Shown here piece after piece: positions 35,383 to 47,187 of a stretch of DNA of 64,000 nucleotides (within the stretch, counting starts at the first letter, position 1; each line of letters opens with the position of its first letter). This DNA is from Octopus vulgaris (Eukaryota): the NCBI GenBank assembly GCA_951406725.2, contig CATOCA020000002.1, forward strand, positions 1,116,001-1,180,000, written 5' to 3'. The translations under genes were made by a program, and so were the position numbers. The notes below the pieces were generated by a model, which saw only the letters and a list, made by a program, of their open reading frames with translations, did not search any database and was not told the origin of the DNA.

Positions 35383-35774
35383 GTTTGATTTGGAAATGAA
35401 GAAATAGGCCAACTAGGTCAGAAAAGCCAATGGTCACATCAAAGAAATCAGTGGATGAGTTGTGGGTCCAGTAATTACCTTAAAGTGAATTACAATAACC
35501 TCTATGTGTGTGTGTGTGTGTGTATGAATGGATGTATTCTGTGTTCATGTCTGTGTGCATATGTGTGTCTATGTTTATGAGTTTGCATGTGCATGCACTT
35601 GCACCTGTTGTTCATTCCAACTAGATCTTAACATTAAAGGTTGAGAGTTGAAATACCTTTTTACATTTTAAAAGCTTGTGGTCAGTACTGTATTATTTCA
35701 ATTCAATCAGGCTGCCTACTGAAGAAAGCACTCCTTGTTTACTTGTGCAGTGAGTGAAATAGTATGGTCAAATT

Positions 35775-35880
35775 TTGGAATAAAGCCAGCAATTTCGAGG
35801 GGATGGGGTAAGTTGATTGCATCAACCTCAGTACTGAACTGGTATCCATTTTAATGACACTGAAAGGATGAAAGGCAATT
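35775..35880 (-). mobile_element. SINE-like repeat fragment
   Basis: Reverse complement of TTGCCTTTCATCCTTT...TACCAG...AATTGCTGGC, also at 63650-63820. Confidence 0.6.
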
Positions 35881-36907
35881 TGTTGCAATTCTTAATATTT
35901 TCATCAACCAATTCAATATTCCAATATTTGGATATCATTAAAAATTAAACTTTAGTTTGTAAACATTAATCAAGTACTCTTGTTATTTTGACACAAATTA
36001 TGATTTCAAAAGTTTGTATTTTGTTTTTGTTTGAAATTTTCAAAAATTATTGTATGTTGTAATCAAAGTTTTACATCACTTTTAAGAAATTAGATTACAT
36101 ATATCATCTCAATGTAAGGCCAACATAGAAATATTTACCATAAAGAATCCCTTTTCATGAAAATCAAATTCAAAATTACACGTACATATGTATATATAAA
36201 TGTATGTACATATGAATAATTCATTTCTAATTTTATGATAGTGAATATATGCTAATATATCTGACTATTGATAAATATACCTAAATATTATTCTTTTCTC
36301 ATAGAGTAACATCTTTCCAACCATAAGCTGAATATCATAATGCAGATTAGTCCAATTACTTAACTTACTCACATATTAGGATACAATGTGTACAAGAGAT
36401 GACTGTTTTATGTATGAGGAAGGTTTTGAAGATGAAATTATTAAAATCCACCAAATATATTTATTAATTATTAACATCTTTTGTGCTTTTCATAGTTTTA
36501 CACATAGATTGTTTCATTTGTATTGCAAAATCAAAACCATAAAAACCATTCAATGTTCATTCAGCTTGGTCACATAGTTTCATATTTAGACTAGTTATAT
36601 TCCCTTTGATGGATAATTTTACACCTCTGAAAAGAAATAAAATGCATGATTTGAAATGATATAGAAATATGTGAATTTTATTTCATACTTAAAATTACTA
36701 GGTTTAAATTTTAACTTGCACGTACATCATATTAATTATACTGAATTTTAAAAAGATACTTTCAGTTAACTATAACAAATAATACCAAATCATAATCAAA
36801 GCAAATGGATATCTAGCAACATTGTAAATGTTCACTATAGTGAATTACAATAAAGACACTATAAAGACACCACAACATCAGTATAAAAAACATAATCATG
36901 GATTATG

Positions 36908-36944
36908 CTAGTCCTGGTTGACTCCTACTTTCTCCTCCTCTGAT
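36908..36944 (-). CDS. NCAPG2: Candidate terminal coding exon of the NCAPG2-like gene ((I)SEEEKVGVNQD*)
   Basis: Strong acceptor TTTTTCTGTTTTTATAG|; phase 2 joins AT|A to give Ile; TAG stop followed by AT-rich 3' UTR-like sequence. Confidence 0.55.
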
Positions 36945-37119
36945 CTATAAAAACAGAAAAAAATTAAACTTGTATCCTGTTAGAAACTATGCACTGAGCA
37001 TCGTCACTTATTGCATAGGTATACCATATTCAGAGATTACCAATATAACAAAACAAAAAATGGCAAAATAGAAATAATATAATAAAAATTATTTAGAAAA
37101 AGAGAAAATTCAGTTTAAG

Positions 37120-40100
37120 TAAGCCATTTCTTTGCTGCTGTTTTGACTTTCTTATTGTGAAGCTAGCCATTCTTATGTGTTTCTATCTTTCTTTGTTTCA
37201 CTATTGTCCTTTGTTGATATTTAGATTTTCTTGTGGCGAAGCTGGCCATTTCTTTGCAGTTATTTTGATTTTCTTGTGGTGAAGCTAGCCATTTATTTGC
37301 TGCTATTTCGATTATCTCGTGAGGCTAACCATTCACATGTGCTTCAGACATTCTTTGCTTCACTATTGTCCTCTGCTGCTATTTCGATGTTCTTGTAGCA
37401 AAGCTAGCCATTTCTTTGCAGCTATTTCGACTATCTTATGACAAAGCTAGTCATTTCTTTGCTGCTATTTTGATTCTCTTGCGGTGAAGCTAACCAGACA
37501 TTTTCATGTGTTTCTATTATTCTTTGCATCACTATTGTACTTTGCTGTGATTTCAATTTTCTTGTAGCAAAGTTAGCCATTTCTTTGCTGCTGTTTCAAT
37601 TTTCTTCTGACAACGCTAGCCATTCTCATGTGTTTCTATCATTTTTACCTTCACTATTATCCTTTGCTGCTTTTTTGATTTTCTTGTGGCAAAGCTAACC
37701 ATTTTTTTGCTGCTGTTTCAATTTTCTTGTTGTGAAGCTACCCTTCTCATGTGTTTCCATCATTTCTTGCTTCACTATTGTCCTTTGCTGCTCTTTCAAT
37801 ATTCTTGTGCCAAAGCTAACCATTTTTTGCTGCTATTTTGATTTTCTTCTGGTGAAGCTAGCCAGTTCTTTGCTACTGTTTAAATTTTTTTGTGGCAAAG
37901 ATAGCCATTCTCATGTATTTCTGTCATTCTTTGCTTCACTATTGTCCTTTGCTGTAATTTTGATTTTTGAAACTAGACATTTCTTTGCTGGTATTTCAAT
38001 TTTCTGGTAGCAAAGCTAGTCATTCTCCTTTGCTGCTATTTCGATTCTCTCGTGGCGAAGGTAGCCATTTATTTGCTGCTGTTTTGATTTTCTTGGGGTG
38101 AAGCTAGCTATTCTCATGTGTTTCTGTTATTCTTTGATTCACTATTGTCCTTTGCTGCTATTTCAATTTTCTTGCAATGGAGCTTGCCATCCACATGTGT
38201 TTCTAGTTATTTTGCTTCTCTTTTGCAGCTATTTCAATTTTCTTTTGGTGCAACTAGCAATTTCTTTGCTGCTATTTTGATTTTCTGGTGGTGAAGCTAC
38301 CCTTTCTTTGATGCTGTTTCAATTTTCCTGTGGCAAAGCTAGCCATTTCATTGCTGCTGTTTTGATTTTCTTGTGGTGAAGCTAGCCACTTTGCTGCTGT
38401 TTCAATTTTCTTGAGTCAAAGCCAGTTATTCTCATGTGTTTCTATTATTCTTTGCTTCACTATTGTCCATTGCTGCTATTTCAATTTCCTTGTAGCAAAA
38501 GTAGCCATTTCTTTGCTGCTATTTTCATGTTCTTGTGGCGAAACTAGCCATTTCTTTTGCTTTATTTTGATTTTCTTATCGTGAAGCTTGCCATTTCTTA
38601 GTCACTATTACAATTTTCTAGAGGTGAAGCTAGCCATTCCCATGTGTTTCAATCACTCTTTGATTCACCATTGTCCTTTGCTGCTATTTCAATTTTCTTC
38701 TCACGAAGCTTGCCTTTTCTTTGCTGCTGTTTCAATTTTCTTGTGGCAAAGCTAGCAATTCTCATGTAATTCTACCATTCTTTCTTTCACCACTCTCCTT
38801 TGCTGCTATTTCAATTTTCTTGTAGCGAAGCTAGCCATTTATTTGTTGGTATTTTGATTTTCTTCTTGCAAAACTAGCCGTTCTCATATGTTTCTATTAT
38901 TCTTTCCTTTACTTTTGTCCTTTTCTGCTATTTCGATTCTCTTGTGGCAAATCTAGCCAGTTCTTTGCAGCTATTTTGATTTTCTGCTATTTCAATTTCC
39001 TTGTGGCAAAGCTAGCCACTTTGTCATTGCTATTCCAATTCTCTTATGGCAAAACTAGCTATCTCTTTCCTGCTATGTTGAATTTGTTGTGGCAAAGCTA
39101 GCCATGGCATTGCAGCTATTTTGATTTTCTTGTGGAAAACCTAGTCACTTCTTTGCTGCTATTTTGATTTTCTTGAGGTGATGCTAGCCATTTTTTTGCT
39201 GCCGTTTCCATATTCTTGCGGCAAAGCTAGCCATTCTCATGTATGACTATAGTTCTTTGCTTCACTATTGTCCTATTAAACTTTCTTGTGTTGAAGCTAG
39301 CCATTTCTTTGCTGCTGTTTTGATTTTCTTGCAACAGAGCTACTCGTTCTCATGTCCTTTTAGCATTCTTTGCTTTTCTAATATCCTTTGCAGCTATTTA
39401 GACTTTCTTTTAGTGAAAGCAGGCATTTCTTTGCTGCTATTTTGACTTTCTTGTGTCAAAGCTAGCAATTCGCATATATTTCTATCATTTTATGCTCCAC
39501 TATTGTCATTTGCTGCTATTTTGATTTTTTTATTGCAAAGCTAGCCATTTCATCGCAACTATTTTGATTTTCTAGTGGGGAAGCTAGACATTCCCATATA
39601 TTTCTAACATTCCTTGTTTCACTATTGTCCTTTGCTGCTATTTCGATTTTCCTGAGGTAAAGCTAGCCATTTCTTCCATGCTGATTCAATTTTCTTGTTG
39701 CAAAAGTATCATTCTTTCCTTCCTTATTGTCCTTAGGTGCTATTTTGACATTTTTGTGGCAAAGCTAGCCATTATCATGTATTTCTATCATTCTTTGCTT
39801 TACTATTGTCCTTTGTAGCTATTTCGATTTTCTTGTTGTGAAGCTAGCCATTCACGTGTGTTTCTATTATTCTTTGATTCACTAGCAGTTCTTAATAGCA
39901 GTTCTTAACTGCTATTTCAACTTTCTTGTGGCGAAGCTTGAATTTCCTTCATGCTTCGAATTTCTTGTTGTGAAGCTAGCCATCCTCATGTGTTTCTATT
40001 ATTCTTTCATTCACTATTGTCCTTAGGTGCTATTTCAACTTTCTTGTAGCGACGCTTGCCATTTCTTTCATGTTGTTTCGAATTTCTTGTTGTGAAGCTA

Positions 40101-42420
40101 GCCATCCTCATGTGTTTCTATTATTCTTTCATTCACTATTGTCCTTAGATGCTATTTCAACTTTCTTGTAGCGAGGCTTGCCATTTTTTCATGCTGTTTC
40201 GATTTTTTGATCCTATTGTCAGTCTTAAACTTTCTTGAGAGCCATTTATTTCATGTTGTTTGATTTTCTTGTAGCTGCATGTTTCTATTATTCTTTGATT
40301 CACTATTGTCCTTAGGTGCTATTTCAACCTTTTAAACCTTTCTTTCTGGTTTCGATTTTCTTGTAAATAGCATCATCATTGTTTCTTTATTCTTTGATTC
40401 ACTATTTTCATGTTGTAGCCATTCATGTGTTTCTATTATTCTTTGATTCACTATTGTCCTTGTGAAGCTAGCCAGTTTCCAGCTAGCCTCATGTGTTTCT
40501 ATTATTCTTTCATTCACTATTGTCCTTAGGTGCTATTTCAACTTTCTTGTAGCGAAGCTTGCCATTTCTTTCATGTTGTTTCGATTTTCTTGTTGTGAAG
40601 CTAGCCATCCTCATGTGTTTCTATTATTCTTTCATTCACTATTGTCCTTAGGTGCTATTTCAACTTTCTTGTAGGGAAGCTAGCCATTTCTTTCATGTTG
40701 TTTCAATTTTCTTGTTGTGAAGCTAGCCATTCACATGTGTTTCTATTATTCTTTCATTCACTATTGTCCTTAAATGCTATTTGAACTTTTTTGTAGCCAA
40801 GCTTGCCATTTGTTTCATGCTGTTTCGATTTTCTTGTTGTGAAGCTAGCCATTCTCATGTGATTCTATTATTCTTTGATTCATTATTGTCCTTAGGTGCT
40901 ATTGCAACTTTCTTATGGCGAAGCTTGTCATTTCTTTCATGTAGTTTCGAATTGCTTATTGTGAAGCTAGCCATCCTCATGTGTTTCTATTATTCTTTGA
41001 TTCACTATTGTCCTTAGGTGCTATTTCAACTTTCTTGTAGCAAAGCTTGCCATTTCTTTCATGTTGTTTCTATTATTCTTTCATGCACTATTGTCCATAG
41101 GTGCTATTTCAACTTTCTTGTAGCGAAGCTTGCCATTTCTTTCATGTTGTTTCGATTTTCTTGTTGTGAAGCTAGCCATTCACATGTGTTTCTATTATTC
41201 TTTGATTCATTATTGTCCTTAGGTGCTATTGCAACTTTCTTGTTGTGAAGCTAGCCATCCTTATGTCTTTCTATCATTCTTTCATTCACTATTGTCCTTA
41301 GGTGCTATTTCAACTTTCTTGTTGTGAAGCTAGCCATCCTTATGTCTTTCTATCATTCTTTCATTCACTATTGTCCTTAGGTGCTATTTCAACTTTCTTG
41401 TAGCGAAGCTTGCCATTTGTTTCATGCTGTTTCGATTTTCTTGTGAATCTAGCCATCCTCATGTGTTTCTATTATTCTTTGATTCACTATTGTCCTTAGG
41501 TGCTATTTCAACTTTCTTGCAGCGAAGCTTGCCATTTCTTTGATGCTGTTTCGATTTTCTTGTTGTAAAGCTAGCCATCCTCATGTGTTTCTATTATTCT
41601 TTCATTCACTATTGTCCTTAGATGCTATTTCAACTTTCTTGTAGCGAGGCTTGCCATTTGTTTCATGCTGTTTCGATTTTTTTGCTGTGAAGCTAGCCAT
41701 TCTCATGTGATTCTATTATTCTTTGATTCATTATTGTCCTCAGGTGCTATTTCAACTTTCTTGTGGCGAAGCTTGACATTTCTTGTTGTGAAGCTAGCCT
41801 TTGCTTCGCTATTATCCTTAGGTGCTATTTCATCTTTCTTGTGGCGAAGCTTGCTATTTCTTGTTTTGAACCAAGCCATCCTCATGTCTTTCTATTATTC
41901 TTTCATTCACCATTGTCCTTAGGTGGTATTTCAACTTTCTTATGGCGTAGCTTGCCATCCTTATGTCTTTCAATTATTCTTTTATTCACTATTGTCCTTA
42001 GGTGCTATTTCAACTTTCTTGTTGCGAAGCCTGCCATTTCTTTCATGCTGATTTGATTTTCTTGTTGCGAAGCTAGCCATCCTCATGTGTTTCTATTATT
42101 CTTTGCTTCATTGTACTCCTTTGCTGCTGCTTCAATTTTCTGGTGTGAAGCTAGCCATTCTCATATCTTTCTACCACTCTTTTCTTTACTACCGTCCTTT
42201 GCTGCTACTCTGATTTTCTTGTGGCAAAACTAGCCTTTTCTTCTCTGCTATATTGATATTCTTATGGTGAATCTAGCCATTTCTTTGACCCTATTTCAAT
42301 GTTTTTGTGGTGAAGCTAACCATTCTAATGTGCTTCTATCTTCTCATGCTTCACTATTGTTCTTTGCTGCTATTTTAATTTTCTCATGGTGAAGCTAGCC
42401 ATTTCTTTGCAGCTGTTTCC
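37120..42420. repeat. Satellite array, ~41-bp basic unit with a 122-bp higher-order repeat
   Basis: Recurrent GAAGCTAGCCATTTCTTTGCTGCTATTTTGATTTTCTTGTG; period 122 in the core (e.g. GTCCTTAG at ~40019/40141 and ~40522/40644). Confidence 0.95.
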
Positions 42421-42859
42421 ATCCTTTTCTTCTCTCACCACCAAAACAGGAAATCTGTTCCCTCCTACCATCTTTTCTGTTATACAAAAAAATCCTGCAG
42501 TGCTTTGCCTCACTTCTGCACCAGAAGACCTACATACCTCCGCCCTTCCCCTCCAAAGCATCTGCCTCCTTCTCTCCCCTCTCTCTCTCTTTAAGTATAT
42601 ATATACATACATACATAATGAACCAACTCAAACTAAATAGCAGCCCATTTACTTACTTAATTTAACATTGACATATTTATATTTGCAGCAGCAGTAACGC
42701 TCATATTTACAATAGTTACCTTACTCTCATCCCCAGTAGGGGTAACAATTTATAATACAAGTATTCTGACATGTCTGTTACCAAATGACCATGCAAACTT
42801 TCTTTTCAAGTGCTGAATAACATCTCTCCTTCCAATGTTACCTCCCATGTCTCTTTCTC

Positions 42860-44730
42860 AGTTTTCAGAGTTGGCACTGTCAATGTAGGCACATTGAAAT
42901 GTAGGTCTAACAAGATTGTAGAGATGCTTGAATGGAGGCATTTTGATGTATGTTGCATCCAAGAGGTAAGGTGGAGAGGAGCTTCAGCTAGGTTCCTCAC
43001 AGGCAAGACACATAGGTATAAAATCTTCTGGGAAGGTAACAGCGATGGAGTAGGTGGTGTGGGCATACTTTTGTGGGTGGAGAAGGTCATAGAGGTAGTT
43101 AGAGTGTGCAATAGAATGCTTAAGCTTGGGCTAGTCTTGTAGAATAGTATAGCAACTATTATATCTGCCTATACCCCACAAGTGAACCTACCAAATGAAC
43201 AGAAGAACACTTTTATGGCATTCTGCAGGCTACCTCAAAGATTAGTGACAATGATCTCATCTTCTTTGTTGAGGATTTCAAAGAGCATGTCAGACAGTAG
43301 CCTGGTATTTTTCCATGGTGTACATGGGGGCCATGGAATTGGTTCCTGAAACGAAGAGGGAACAAGGTTACTGGAGTTTTGTGATGCAAATAACCTATTG
43401 ATCTGTAACACCAACTTCAGGAAGCCATCCATCCATCTGATAACCTACCAATCAGTTGACTCTGCTAGCCAGATGGCTTTCATTCTCACCAGACAGTGGG
43501 ATGCATGGTTGCTCTGAAATACAAAGACCCTCCCTGGTGAAGAATGTACCCCCCAGCATAGATTAGTAACTTTAGACTCCAGGTCAGAAGGATGCCAAGA
43601 AGCAGAGTAATCTGGAAAAGAAGGATTTGGAAGCTTAAGAACCCTTCATATGATAGAGATTTAGGGACAGCCTAATTGAGAAATTTGATGAGAGGGAGGA
43701 GGAGCTACAAACTTGTGATATAGAGGGCAGCTGGGAATTCCTACGAGACAGCAGGCTGAGTGCCACAGACCAAAAATCTGTGGCTGGTGGAAAGTCCATT
43801 CCAGACCTAGGGTAACATGGTGGAGAAACAATACTGTAGACAGGGCTATTAGGGCGAAGAAACAGGCCTGGAAGAGTGGGGGAGCAGGAAACTGTATCAA
43901 TTAGCCTAAAGGGAAGATAGGAGACAAGTATATCTAGCCAAGAGAGAAACAGAAAAGAAGCTTGCCTATGTTCAATGTCATGAGGACTAATGAACTTCAG
44001 TATTTCAGATTGCAAGACAATGTGTGAGAGAAAATTGTGATGTCATAGGAGACAAATGTGTCCTCATGGATGATGGTACACTAGTTTTTAATGATTCTGC
44101 AAAGTAAGAGGCTTGGAAATGCCATTATGAAAGACTGTTGAATGTGGAGAATGAATGGGAGGAGGAGAGTCTGCCAAATGTTAACCTAACTGAGGGACCA
44201 GCTACTTGAATTGACAGTACCCTGGTAGATAAAGCAATTAAAAATATGAAGATAGGGAAAGCCTCGGCCTATCAGGAAATACTGCTAAGACACTTAAAAT
44301 ATCTTGCAGTGTGGGTTATAGTCTAGTCAGCCATATTGTAAATCAGGTGGTTCATGAAGGAGTCATACCCAATGACTGGTGTAAGCGGCACCATAGTCAA
44401 CTGCTATAAAGTTAAAGGTGACACCTTAGATAGAAATAATTACAGAGGTATCAAACTGTTTGATCAGGTGATGGAAGTTATGGAGAGAGTCAGAGTCCAA
44501 TGAATTAGAGAGAGAGAGAGTTAATCTAGATGAGATGCAGTTTGGTTTTGTGCCAGGTAGAAGCACCACTGATGCTATATTTCTGGTAAGGCAGCTGCAG
44601 GAGAAATACATAGCCAAAGATAAACCTCCATACTTGCTTTTTGTTGACTTGGAGAAAGATTTGACAGTGTTCTCTGATCCCTAATCTGGTGGTCAATGCA
44701 GAAACTAGGGAAAGACGAGTAGTTGGTAAG
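42860..44730 (+). mobile_element. RTE-clade LINE (APE + RT N-half), decayed
   Basis: VGTVNVGTLKCRSNKIVEMLE, CCIQEVRWRG, NYRGIKL and QFGFVPGRSTTDAIF; many stops. Confidence 0.9.
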
Positions 44731-44819
44731 GACCTGGCTGAGAGGCATAGGCCAAGATAATGGTTACTAATGTTGCAGCATTGTCTAAGCTATAACAGAC
44801 TCTGACTACCTCAATTACC

Positions 44820-45170
44820 TTAACCCATTTCTTAGCAAGGAGTATACCCACATCCCAACCCCATCACTGTTCCCTACCCAGAAGATCTTATATCTCTATT
44901 CTTGGCCTGTGAGGAACCTAGCAGAACCTCTTCTCCACCTTACCTCTTGGATGCAACAGAAATCTATACGCCTCTTTTCAAGTATCTCAATATGCCAACA
45001 TTAAGTGTGCCAACTCTGAGGGTGTAGGCCGGTGGATGAGGGATGAGGGACAGCATTCTGCATCTGAAAAGAAAGCTTGCATGTGCGTTTGGTACACATT
45101 GTAAACAAATAGGCTTCAACCTGCATACATTTCACCGTCATTTTATTTGCTTCACAATCACTATGTTTAC
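44820..45170 (-). mobile_element. RTE 5' fragment in inverted orientation
   Basis: Reverse complement of AGAGTTGGCAC...TGCATCCAAGAGGTAAGGTGGAGA...GGGATGTGGGGTATACTCCTTGC. Confidence 0.75.
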
Positions 45171-45478
45171 CAGGAGATAGACACTAGATAAGGTTGCAGG
45201 GAAAAGAAAGGGGTGGGGAGAGCATTCCGTGTAGGTAACCATTAGAGGTGCTAGGAGAAAGGCTTCTGGTAGAGGTTAGAAGAGAAAGACTTTTAGTGCA
45301 GGTGATGGGGGGGGGGGTTGGGAGGGCACACCGCAAATGATGAAACACTATGGATGCCCTATTCCCTAGCTAAAGGTGATGTAACATACCCACAAACAAA
45401 ACAAAAGCCACTAATTAACAATCAACATGGGAAAGCAAGGATAGATAGTTTGGATAAGCAAAAATATAGTGGGTAACA

Positions 45479-45509
<31 letters not shown>

Positions 45510-45745
45510 CGGACGAAATTTTCAAGAATTAGGGCTACAGTAGAGGAAACAATAGAACATTTGGCTAAGATAGTGGGCAACAAAAGAAATGAGGAGATGG
45601 AATTTTCGAGATTTCGAGCAACAGTAAACAGAATTGAACAATTGGATTTCTTAACTTTACTATAACTTACAGCATGGAATAAACAAAACTTTGTGGCTAA
45701 ATAGATAACTAAATGAATAATAATAATGCATGCATATATATATAT

Positions 45746-45786
<41 letters not shown>

Positions 45787-46991
45787 CAGGAGTTAGACAA
45801 AATAATGGAAACACCTTAAAATTTCAAACAAATTTATTTTAATATGGGCTAGGACCGCCTTTGGCAGTAATTACACCTTGAATTATAAGAGGTATGCACT
45901 CCTACAAAGTTTGAATTGTTTCCAAAGGAATTTTTGTCTATTCTTCAGCTAAAACAGTCTCCATTTCTTGTAGTGATGATGGTGAAGGATATCAAGTCAA
46001 ATGCACCATAAATGTTAAAAAATATTGAGATCTGAGGACTGTGGTGGCCAGATAGGATGTTCAACTTCACTAGAATGTTCCTCATGCCATTCAGTAACAA
46101 CTTTAGCTGTGTGAATCTGTGCATTATCATCCTGAAAGATTGTTTTCCCTCTGGAAACAGTTCCGCAACCATAGAATGCATTTAATCAGATAAAATGCTT
46201 AGTCATGACGGGAAACTATTGGGCTGATGGATTTCCAGGACATAGCCCCCCCCCCCCCAGATCATCACAGTTCCTCCTCCATGTTTAAATAGTTTGAAGA
46301 AGGCAGTCTGGGTCAAATGCTTCTTTTGGCTGTCTCTTGGCCAGTGGTTGGAAATAAAGTAAAGGATGACTCGTCCAAGAAAATAACATTCTTCCACTTC
46401 TCTAAGGTCGATTCTGTAGGTTTTTACTCCACTCTAAATGCTTTGCAATGTTTGATTTTGAAAGTAGTGGTTTTCTTATTACAGCCCTCCCATGAAATCT
46501 GGCTTTGTGTGAGCTCCTGGTGAACTGTTTTTGTGGAGACTGGGTTCTTGAGGTGGTCATTAAGCTCTGTAGTAATTTTGGGAGCTGTACTTTTGTGATC
46601 CTTTCTAACAATTCATGTAAGAGTCTGATGATCCCTATCTGAAAGTTTTGGTTTTCTTCGGGAGTTTTGTTTCGGAGAGGAGGTTTTCCCCTCTTTCTCA
46701 AAGAGTGTCATTACTTCTTGATACACCAAACATTTTGGGCGTTTTCATTACGCTAGCACCTGCCATGCAAGGACCAACAATTTGACCTCTTAGAAAGTCT
46801 AATAGATGTCATTTTAATGAATTTTAATTACCTTTTTCAGATGATATTTGAAAAGAAACAGCAATTTTAGCAAAACATATTAAGTAACACTAAGAATAAA
46901 TCAAAAACCCAAAATAAAGGAGCTTTTGACGGTTTTGTAGATATTTCAAAATTAATGGTGCTAGGTGTTTCCGTATTTTGTCCAACCCCTG
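45787..46991 (-). mobile_element. Tc1 DNA transposon, full extent with TIRs, transposase decayed
   Basis: TIRs CAGGAGTTAGACAAAATAATGGAAACACCT / AGGTGTTTCCGTATTTTGTCCAACCCCTG flanked by TA; motifs KHGGGTVMIWG, QDDNAQIH and WPPQSSDLNI. Confidence 0.92.
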
Positions 46992-47108
46992 TATATATAT
47001 ATATACATACACACACATACATAGAAAAGAAAAGAAATGGAGCAATAATTATCAATGAGAAGTTGATCATTGGAATTAAAAAGTCATTATTTAATTGTAG
47101 TTTGGAAC

Positions 47109-47187
47109 CATTTACAGCTGTTTCTGTTTATCAAATTGGAGTAAATTTACATTTACCTCGTTACATTTAACAAACATCTTTAGAATG
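47109..47187 (-). ncRNA. Type I hammerhead motif with long stem II and a G5->A core mutation
   Basis: Minus strand CATT-CTAAAGA-TGTTTGTTAAAT...ATTTGATAAACA-GAAAC(AGCT)GTA-AATG; palindrome ACAGCTGT. Confidence 0.6.

Noticed and set aside
37120-42420. Regularly spaced repeats resembling a CRISPR array; Leu/Phe-rich ORFs
   Set aside because: No unique spacers, units are degenerate head-to-tail copies, and there are no cas genes; the ORFs are satellite translations.
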